Shown here: positions 45,337 through 52,123 of the stretch, in pieces | Position numbering within the stretch: position 1 is the stretch's first letter | How the letters are laid out: the number at the start of each line of letters is the position of its first letter | Virus record (IMG/VR): IMGVR_UViG_3300042673_000631 | Coordinates: 1 to 52,123 of that record | Strand: one strand, 5' to 3' | DNA: 52,123 nucleotides | Source: a virus | Lineage: Duplodnaviria; Caudoviricetes | Notes under the pieces: generated by a model | What the model was told of the DNA's origin: nothing | Database searches by the model: none | The model's input: the letters and a program-made list of their open reading frames with translations, nothing else | Position numbers and translations under genes: made by a program

Positions 45337-45787
45337 CTTTTGGGACTTAGCCGTTTGCAAAACGGAACAAGTCCCAACAGGAATCTTTTTTGGATCTGAA
45401 GACGAAAGCCCACAAGAGCGGACGATCAGAATCGCAATGGCTAAATCTATTTGCCAACGATGCGATGTGGCTGATGAGTGTTTGCAGATGGCGATCGCAA
45501 ATGATGAGCGTGGAATCTGGGGAGGAAAGACGGAAAACGAGCGGTATCGGGGTTCTACCGTCCTAATTTCGGATCCGCTGGTACCTGTAGTGCCCTCAGA
45601 GCCTGTCGCCAGATCAATTTGGGTGACCATAGCCGACTCTAATGGGGTAGTGCTACAGATGACTAGGAGGTTCACTCCAATGACATGGCAAATCGTCGTA
45701 GACGGCATTGTTCGCTACGAAAAGTATGTAGAAGGCGAAGCGTGGATCGTTTGGAACAGGGCAGTTGAAAGCAGGATGCGATACTGA
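45326..45787 (+). CDS. whiB: WhiB family transcription factor with C-terminal extension
   Basis: AVC...IFF...AKSICQRCDVADECL...GIWGG. Confidence 0.85.
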   Translation: MLDDFWDLAVCKTEQVPTGIFFGSEDESPQERTIRIAMAKSICQRCDVADECLQMAIANDERGIWGGKTENERYRGSTVLISDPLVPVVPSEPVARSIWVTIADSNGVVLQMTRRFTPMTWQIVVDGIVRYEKYVEGEAWIVWNRAVESRMRY

Positions 45788-45866
45788 TTAGAATCAGACG
45801 AGGTTATTGCCGATCCCCCTCACGGCGATGACTTAGGAACTGTGAGTGCCTCCTACTCAAGTTTCC

Positions 45867-45897
45867 AAACGGGCAGTGTCTTTGGCACTGCCCGTTT
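45867..45897 (+). terminator. Strong hairpin, probable terminator
   Basis: AAACGGGCAGTG-TCTTTGG-CACTGCCCGTTT perfect 12-bp stem. Confidence 0.65.
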
Positions 45898-45911
45898 GCT
45901 ATTGTGCCACC

Positions 45912-46568
45912 ATGCAAATAGATGAGGTGGCTATCAATGCGATTACCCGACACCCTAAAAACGCCCGTCAGGGTGAAGTGTCTCGGATCGTGGAATCAAT
46001 TAAAGCGAACGGGTTCTTTGCCCCGTTGGTAGTTCAACGGTCAACAGGGTTCATTCTGGTGGGCAACCATCGGTATCAAGCCGCATGCGATACTGGGATG
46101 ACCACGATTCCCGTTCACTATGTGGACTGTGACGATGCTCAGGCTCGGCGGATCATGCTGGCGGACAACAAAACCAGTGATCGTGCCAGATATGAAAAAG
46201 ACATTCTTGCTGAACTGCTCCAAGAAGCCCTCGGTGACGGCGGACTATTCGGTACAGCGTTTGATCCGTCTGAAGTAGACAAACTGCTACAGGAAGCGTC
46301 CGCTGGTGACGCTCCCACGGTTGAACAGTTTGATCTCATCCCGTATGAGCGCACCTTTTTCTTGGTCGCCGCACCATTAAGCCTGCATGCGACCATTGCC
46401 GATGCATTGGATCGTCTACAAATTGAACACGAGGAAATTGATTATGAGCATGCCCAAGATTCGTCGGAAGACTCGCCCGTTCTTCAGAGCGAGGAAGGAC
46501 AAGAACGAGAACTCGCATCTGGACGAGAAGGCTTGGTTGAGAGCGGAGACAATTCGCTTGATTGGTAA
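45912..46568 (+). CDS. ParB-like N-terminal domain protein
   Basis: HPKNAR...SIKANGF..PLVV...LVGNHR..A...LADNK. Confidence 0.8.
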   Translation: MQIDEVAINAITRHPKNARQGEVSRIVESIKANGFFAPLVVQRSTGFILVGNHRYQAACDTGMTTIPVHYVDCDDAQARRIMLADNKTSDRARYEKDILAELLQEALGDGGLFGTAFDPSEVDKLLQEASAGDAPTVEQFDLIPYERTFFLVAAPLSLHATIADALDRLQIEHEEIDYEHAQDSSEDSPVLQSEEGQERELASGREGLVESGDNSLDW

Positions 46569-47091
46569 ACCTCAGGTGAGCGTCTTGGATGCTTACGCTG
46601 GGGAGGGTCATGTGTGGATGCGAACTCAAGAGTTGATCCCTGATGTGGAGATCTTGAGGATGGCGATTGAGAAACGCAAGAGTGCGGCGGAGCAGAACGC
46701 CATTGTTGGTGACAACATGAAGGTGCTACCAACTTTGGATCTTCAACAGTTTGATTTGATTGATCTGGACGCTTTCGGTTTTCCGACTGAGCAGATTCGG
46801 ATCTGTGCTGAGAAGGCTCCGAATGTTCCCGTGGTGATGACGGCGATCGCTAACCATTACGCACCCACCCCGTACATTGTCACTGATGCAGTTGGGATTC
46901 CTGAGCATTGGCGAAAGGTTGACGGTCCGTATCCGCACATGTTGTTCGCTAAGAAGCGTTGGACATATTGGGAACATTATTTGTGGTCGTTGGGTTATCG
47001 GCATGCGACCAGAATCCACATGCCAGATTTTGGTTACACAAAACGCTATGAAGTGTTGTGGAGTGCTGAAGCATGGGCTAAAGTGCAGTAA
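46444..47091 (+). CDS. Putative SAM-dependent methyltransferase
   Basis: VLDAYAGEG motif I and FDLIDLDAFGFP motif IV-like; GAGGA RBS. Confidence 0.6.
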   Translation: MSMPKIRRKTRPFFRARKDKNENSHLDEKAWLRAETIRLIGKPQVSVLDAYAGEGHVWMRTQELIPDVEILRMAIEKRKSAAEQNAIVGDNMKVLPTLDLQQFDLIDLDAFGFPTEQIRICAEKAPNVPVVMTAIANHYAPTPYIVTDAVGIPEHWRKVDGPYPHMLFAKKRWTYWEHYLWSLGYRHATRIHMPDFGYTKRYEVLWSAEAWAKVQ

Positions 47092-47114
47092 CAATTTTGT
47101 TGAGAGGGGTTTAA

Positions 47115-47297
47115 ATGGAAACGGTAAAGACAGCAGTTGCCGAATTGAATGACCGACAAATTTTGGTCATTCTTTTTGAAGATGGGACTTTGCATATTGC
47201 GGAGCGAGAGAATTCGTGGGACACATGGGGTCGCCCCGTGTACACACAATTTGCAACAATGGGTGAAAGCGCAAGCGGTTCAATTGAACTGGCGTGA
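47115..47297 (+). CDS. Small hypothetical protein
   Basis: GAGGGG RBS; AERENSWDTWGRP. Confidence 0.55.
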   Translation: METVKTAVAELNDRQILVILFEDGTLHIAERENSWDTWGRPVYTQFATMGESASGSIELA

Positions 47298-47355
47298 GGT
47301 CAGATATAAAACAGGTGAGTTAGCAGGGTTAAACATTTACATTGAGGAGGAAATT

Positions 47356-47583
47356 ATGGATTTTGATGATACGGGCGAATGCCCATTGTGCCATGTTGGA
47401 TGTTTGGACGAGTGTGAGTCAGAATGTTTGTCTCGCGATCTTGTGTTTCGCCGCTTTGTCAGAGTGGGCAACGAACTGAAATTAGCGTTGGAGTTGATGA
47501 TGCGAACCTTGCCGTCTCGTGACGATCGGATTCGTATTGAGGAAACCATTGACGAATGGAAATTTATGGCTGGTTCACTGTGA
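47356..47583 (+). CDS. Small Cys-rich protein
   Basis: GAGGAGG RBS; CPLCHVGCLDECESEC. Confidence 0.5.
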   Translation: MDFDDTGECPLCHVGCLDECESECLSRDLVFRRFVRVGNELKLALELMMRTLPSRDDRIRIEETIDEWKFMAGSL

Positions 47584-47798
47584 GCGCATTGATTGGAATT
47601 GCGCTCGCAGTGTTTTTTCTCGTCGTGACAGAAGTTTTTATTCGGAAAATTGACAAAGATGACTGATGGATAGCCACAAGAATTACAAACCAATTCTGTG
47701 CGCCCGATGCGATCAACCGATTAGTTGGGCTTGGGGTTTTACGGACACGGGACAAAAGTTTGGGTATTTGAAATGTCAAGGATGTGAAGGGGATCAGG

Positions 47799-48935
47799 AT
47801 GAGTGAAGGAAAAATTTTTGTGGGCGATGTTCGTGAACGGTTGTCTCTTGTTGCTGATAAGTCGGTGCAGTGTTGCGTGACCTCACCACCTTATTGGGGG
47901 TTGCGTGATTATGGGAACGGTGACCAGATCGGGTTGGAACAGACACCTGAAGCGTATGTCGCAGAGTTGGTTGCCGTGTTTCGTGAAGTGTGGCGGGTAA
48001 TGCGAGACGATGGTGTGTTGTGGTTAAACATCGGCGACTCGTATGCAGGATCTGGTAAAGGTCCAGCAGGTAATCTTGGGGCGACTCATAACGAACGCCA
48101 TTTGGAGCATGTGCATTCAAAGATTGTGCCGTCTGGTTTGAAACCGAAAGATCTTGTGGGGATTCCGTGGCGTGTTGCTTTTGCTTTGCAGGCTGACGGA
48201 TGGTATTTGAGGCAAGATATTATTTGGGCGAAACCTAACCCGATGCCTGAGTCAGTTGCTGATCGTTGCACAAAGTCGCACGAGTATTTGTTTTTGCTCA
48301 CTAAATCTGCCCGATATTTTTTTGACAATATTGCTATTAAGGAACCTTCTAAGCAGGATTGGGGCACTCGGAATCGTGATGACGGCAAGTATCACAATGA
48401 GGGCACTGGCTTGACCCCGCATACTGGCTTAACGAAGTCGTATGACATGGCTAACAAGCGGTCGGTGTGGAGTATCCCTACGAAACCGTACAAGGGTGCC
48501 CACTTTGCTGTCATGCCTGAAGCGTTAGTGGAGCCGTGTGTGCTTTCTTCTACAAGTGAACATGGTGCATGTACCGAATGCGATACCCCGTGGAAAAGAA
48601 AACTGGAACGAGGCGAAACTGCTGAACGAAAAACTCGTGACGGTTATATCGGTGTGATACCGGGGCGTGATTCTGCTACTCGGATGCAAAGCGTTGATAT
48701 GGAGGCAGTGCCGTACACGACTGTGGGTTGGGAGCCGTCTTGTGAGTGTGGTGTGGATACGGTCAAGCCATGTTTGGTGTTGGATCCGTTTACTGGGTCG
48801 GGAACTGTCGGTGTTGTATCAATGCGAATGGGTCGTGACTTTGTGGGTACCGAATTGAATCCTGATTATGCTGATCTGGCGGTCAGACGAATTGAGGATG
48901 ACCAGCCGATGTTTAACCATGTGCAGGTGGTGTGA
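47799..48935 (+). CDS. DNA methyltransferase, N4-cytosine/N6-adenine (beta class)
   Basis: TSPPYW catalytic motif before [13 protein letters not shown] motif; [10 protein letters not shown]; Cys-rich insert. Confidence 0.9.
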   Translation: MSEGKIFVGDVRERLSLVADKSVQCCVTSPPYWGLRDYGNGDQIGLEQTPEAYVAELVAVFREVWRVMRDDGVLWLNIGDSYAGSGKGPAGNLGATHNERHLEHVHSKIVPSGLKPKDLVGIPWRVAFALQADGWYLRQDIIWAKPNPMPESVADRCTKSHEYLFLLTKSARYFFDNIAIKEPSKQDWGTRNRDDGKYHNEGTGLTPHTGLTKSYDMANKRSVWSIPTKPYKGAHFAVMPEALVEPCVLSSTSEHGACTECDTPWKRKLERGETAERKTRDGYIGVIPGRDSATRMQSVDMEAVPYTTVGWEPSCECGVDTVKPCLVLDPFTGSGTVGVVSMRMGRDFVGTELNPDYADLAVRRIEDDQPMFNHVQVV

Positions 48936-49120
48936 TGGAGCAGAAAACTTTTTCGCACCGTCTGATCGTTGCTGATATGGCTGATGCTATTCGTCGGGTG
49001 TGTGATGTGTGTGGTTCGGCTCCGAATGTTCAGCAGGTTCGGTTGAGTTGGTTTTCTCCTACTCGGAAGGGTGTGGAGATCAGTTGCCCGAATGGACCGC
49101 ACGAGTTAGTGGATCTGTGA
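48932..49120 (+). CDS. Small zinc-binding protein
   Basis: CDVC...CPNGPH. Confidence 0.45.
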   Translation: MMEQKTFSHRLIVADMADAIRRVCDVCGSAPNVQQVRLSWFSPTRKGVEISCPNGPHELVDL

Positions 49121-49145
49121 TGTTGAAACAAACGAAAGAGAAGCA

Positions 49146-49799
49146 ATGCCTGAATTAAATGCCAACATCCCGCCCATTGAATGTTTTGTACGAGGAAATT
49201 ATTTGCGTGACCAGCAAGATAGTCACGATCTCAAATTTCCTTGCATGATTTTCGGGGTGACTTCAATGCAGGGCAGGAGTCCGCTTTTTCATTTCTTGAT
49301 GGAAGACGGCGGTGTGTGGTGGCGTATGCCGATCTCCGCTTTTTGTTCCCGTGAAGATTCCCCTGAAATTGATATCCACGATCTGGTTTTGTGGAATTCT
49401 TTCTCAGCGCATGTGTCGGTCACAGAATTTCAGGCGATGCGAAACATGAGGATGACTTATGTGGCTCGTTCTGGCGAGTTTGTGAACGGCAAATATTTGT
49501 TTACGCTTGACTGGCATTCGCCTGATGACAATGTTTTGAACGGCGGGTTTTCTACGAATCCGGGTCAGCATAAGTGTGGGCATGTGATTGAACGGGATGA
49601 CGGCAATTACGCTATCCAACCTAATAATCGGGTTCGGTTGTTTGATCCGTCATTCACTACTAAAACTGGGACTTTGATTGAGCGGTTCATCAACACACGG
49701 TTGTGGGATGTTGAAGATGCTCACAAGTGGGTGACTTCTGATGATGATCGTTACGAGTACGGCGTTGAAATGAGGCATCAGGGTGATGATGGTGGATGA
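49146..49799 (+). CDS. Conserved-looking hypothetical phage protein
   Basis: LNANIPP...HKCGHVI..DDGN.A.QPNNR motif-like blocks. Confidence 0.65.
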   Translation: MPELNANIPPIECFVRGNYLRDQQDSHDLKFPCMIFGVTSMQGRSPLFHFLMEDGGVWWRMPISAFCSREDSPEIDIHDLVLWNSFSAHVSVTEFQAMRNMRMTYVARSGEFVNGKYLFTLDWHSPDDNVLNGGFSTNPGQHKCGHVIERDDGNYAIQPNNRVRLFDPSFTTKTGTLIERFINTRLWDVEDAHKWVTSDDDRYEYGVEMRHQGDDGG

Positions 49800-49954
49800 A
49801 GAATGGTTTTGTTGTGATGCGATTAGACCTGACGGGTTTACTTATCACCAGTTTGTGACGGTGTGTGATGTGTGTTTTACGCAGTTCCCGTATTACGACT
49901 GCTTTTGTGAGTTGAAACATGAATGTGTACCAAATAAATGGAGGGATAGAAGAA

Positions 49955-50194
49955 ATGACATTTGATGAATGGTGTGAGTTTGGGATCGTTCAGGGTTGGG
50001 TGTCACCGTTTGTGTGTGAGATCCACGATGGGGTTCCGATGTCTTTAAGTGAAGAGATTGCTATGCAAGACGGTAACGAATCGTGTATTTGGGTGATGCG
50101 AATGTATGCAGACGGCGACGAAAAGGCGGCGGTTGAGGATTTCAGTCCGCATGCTTTGTGGCGTAAGCCGTTTACTTTGAGGGCGGTTGACTGA
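49955..50194 (+). CDS. Hypothetical protein
   Basis: GGAGGG RBS; MTFDEW...VCEIHDG.P. Confidence 0.55.
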   Translation: MTFDEWCEFGIVQGWVSPFVCEIHDGVPMSLSEEIAMQDGNESCIWVMRMYADGDEKAAVEDFSPHALWRKPFTLRAVD

Positions 50195-50400
50195 TGCATT
50201 TTTATGATGTGGACGATGTGAATGGTGATCTGGTTGATCTGATCCCGTTTTGTTCTGATTGGTGTCACCGCAGTTGGTGTATTTCTGGCGGTGGTGTTTA
50301 TGGTGGGTGGAATGGTGCCCACGAGGTTGATTATTCAACGGTGTGTGCGTGGTGTCAAGAAAAAATTGTTGGTTTCGGAGATCTTGAGGAGGATCAGTGA
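50194..50400 (+). CDS. Small Cys-rich protein
   Basis: FCSDWC...CAWC; coupled overlaps. Confidence 0.5.
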   Translation: MHFYDVDDVNGDLVDLIPFCSDWCHRSWCISGGGVYGGWNGAHEVDYSTVCAWCQEKIVGFGDLEEDQ

Positions 50401-50876
50401 GCGATAGTGATGTTGAGATCGTTGAGGAGTTAATTGGGTTGGTTAATGTTGATCGGTCGTGGATGGAGCATGCGGCGTGTCGGGGTATCCACCCAAATTT
50501 GTTTCATTCAGAGTTTGGTGATTATCAAACGCAGAAGCAGGCTCTTGTTGTTTGTAACGGTGTGACAGCGACCCGAAAAACTTGTGGTGTGAATCCTTGC
50601 CCAGTTCGGGAGCAATGTTTGGAGTATGCGATGTCTTTACCTCCCCGTACTGATACTCATGGGGTGTATGGAGGCAAGACGCATAAACAGCGTGTTAGTT
50701 TGCGGAGTGTTCGTGGGGTAACGAAGGGTAAGCCTCGTTCACCTTGTGGTACTCAGGCGGGTTATCGGTCGCATTTGCGGTTTAACGAAAAAACTTGTGA
50801 TGAATGTCGGAAAGCCAATGCTCTTCACAAAATGTTGTTATTAGAATCCAAGAATGCCCGAATTCTTTCAACCTAA
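50397..50876 (+). CDS. whiB: WhiB family transcription factor with C-terminal CGT..H..C..C zinc module
   Basis: WMEHAACRG...VCNG...CPVREQCL...GVYGG; CGTQAGYRSHLRFNEKTCDEC. Confidence 0.85.
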   Translation: MSDSDVEIVEELIGLVNVDRSWMEHAACRGIHPNLFHSEFGDYQTQKQALVVCNGVTATRKTCGVNPCPVREQCLEYAMSLPPRTDTHGVYGGKTHKQRVSLRSVRGVTKGKPRSPCGTQAGYRSHLRFNEKTCDECRKANALHKMLLLESKNARILST

Positions 50877-51096
50877 AAAAGTCCGTTATCCGTCTTCCGT
50901 TCAAGAGATGTTTTGGTTATGTGAACAGATGAAGGAGGCAGAAGCGTCTGGGGAGGAAGCCCCGTTTGATGTCTTAATGTCTTCGGCGTTTGTGCATGAT
51001 GTGGCGTTTCGTATTTTGAGGTTGGAGAATGCCATACTCAACCTTGTTGGTGATGCGAATGATGACACCGACGATGTAGGGTTTCCGTTTAGTTGA
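50854..51096 (+). CDS. Hypothetical protein
   Basis: 80-aa ORF overlapping whiB end. Confidence 0.5.
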   Translation: MPEFFQPKKVRYPSSVQEMFWLCEQMKEAEASGEEAPFDVLMSSAFVHDVAFRILRLENAILNLVGDANDDTDDVGFPFS

Positions 51097-51599
51097 AGAA
51101 ACCCGTTTTGGGTCACGCCGACAGTGTGCATGTCGTTCAGGGTTTGTATCCGTTGGAGGGTATGAGTCGCAAAACACGGTTGCGTGGGTAGATCCCCTTA
51201 TGCGAACCGATTCTAGGTGAAGTGTGTAATTGGGGAGCCACGAATCCGTGAGGACGAATTAGAAGGTTAGGACATGAGCCGTGTCGTTAAAGATTAGGTC
51301 GGGGCTTCCGTAGGGCAACGGAAGGGGTGGTGACAAATGCAAGTCTGAGAAAACACCCGTTTCAGGATGACCCTATATAGCACCCCCTGCTACAGCGGGC
51401 ACCACACGGGCACACAGAGGGCTATATGGGGCACCACAGCGTACCCAGATAGGTCACTCTTTCCCCCTGTGGCACATCCTCGTATTTAGAAACAACACAC
51501 CCGCACACCTAGAAACACCCCTACATACACCCCCCACATACACCCCCCTATACAGCACGCTGACACACACACCACACCACACACAACTACCATACCCAC

Positions 51600-52079
51600 A
51601 TGGGCAGAAACAGCAAACTCACACCAGAAACACACACCAAAATCATCGGAGCCATCAAAGCAGGCAACTACCTAGAAACAGCCGCCGCATACGCAGGCAT
51701 AGACCAAGGCACCCTACACAGATGGCTAAACCGTGGTCAAGACGAAACAGAAACAGACCCACGATACAGCGAGTTCCGCGAGGCAGTACAAAACGCAAGA
51801 GCCGAAGCCGAAGCACGAAATGTCGCCCTCATCCAAAGAGCCGCCAACGAAGGCACATGGCAAGCCGCCGCATGGTACCTAGAACGAACAGCCTCAAACA
51901 GATGGGGACGCAGAGCCGCCCTAGAGGTCACTGGCGAGGGTGGGGGAGCCGTACAGATCGCAGTTGACACCGATGCACTGGAGGCGAAGGTTCGGGCGAT
52001 CCTCGGAGGGAGCGTCAAAGAGGTCGGCGCAAGTGTCAAGGAATTAGCCCAACCTGTGGATAAACCCCTGCATAGTTGA
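51600..52079 (+). CDS. terS: Terminase small subunit-like HTH protein
   Basis: MGRNSKLTPE...GNYLETAAAYAGI...W...WQAAAWYLER...WGR...EVTG. Confidence 0.75.
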   Translation: MGRNSKLTPETHTKIIGAIKAGNYLETAAAYAGIDQGTLHRWLNRGQDETETDPRYSEFREAVQNARAEAEARNVALIQRAANEGTWQAAAWYLERTASNRWGRRAALEVTGEGGGAVQIAVDTDALEAKVRAILGGSVKEVGASVKELAQPVDKPLHS

Positions 52080-52123
52080 TGCATAAACATGCAAAAGCCT
52101 GTGGATAAATAGGGCTGACCAGC

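Noticed and set aside
47100-47114. TTGAGA-G-GGGTTTAA as a seventh promoter copy
   Set aside because: No plausible -10 at the right spacing, and the G-run doubles as the RBS of ATG 47115
1-52123. tRNA/rRNA genes, integrase or IS elements
   Set aside because: No recognisable cloverleaf, recombinase or transposase motifs seen by eye; tRNAscan and HMM searches are needed to exclude them fully

Overview
This window is a near-complete ~52 kb tailed-phage (siphovirus-like) genome segment. Essentially all real genes are on the + strand. The host is probably actinobacterial, inferred from two WhiB-like genes, many leaderless TAnnnT promoters and a VanY-type endolysin. Gene order is: early small-gene island (1-2.3 kb); portal and MuF; a ~9 kb 'head cargo' locus including an XkdF-type prohead protease; scaffold, capsid, neck and tail; lysis; two more cargo genes; replication (SSAP, HTH initiator with iterons, G39P-like, SSB); early/accessory genes (Gp88, amidoligase plus GATase, WhiB, ParB, methyltransferases); small terminase. 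I found no large terminase, integrase or DNA polymerase. The most striking feature is a ~20-aa peptide, [hydrophobic]-x-K-A-(K-F/M)-S-R-S-E-A-G-R/K-Y-A-A-x-x-R-W, present nine times in seven ORFs. Each copy sits directly in front of a different effector-like domain: three zincin metallopeptidases, a DUF3626-like domain, two GNATs, a zeta-toxin-like kinase fused to the prohead protease, and two unknown domains. Putative cognate partner domains are encoded at the start of the next gene. I interpret this as a modular, protease-processed, tag-addressed capsid cargo (polymorphic effector) system. Family assignments come from motif recognition by eye, not database searches.
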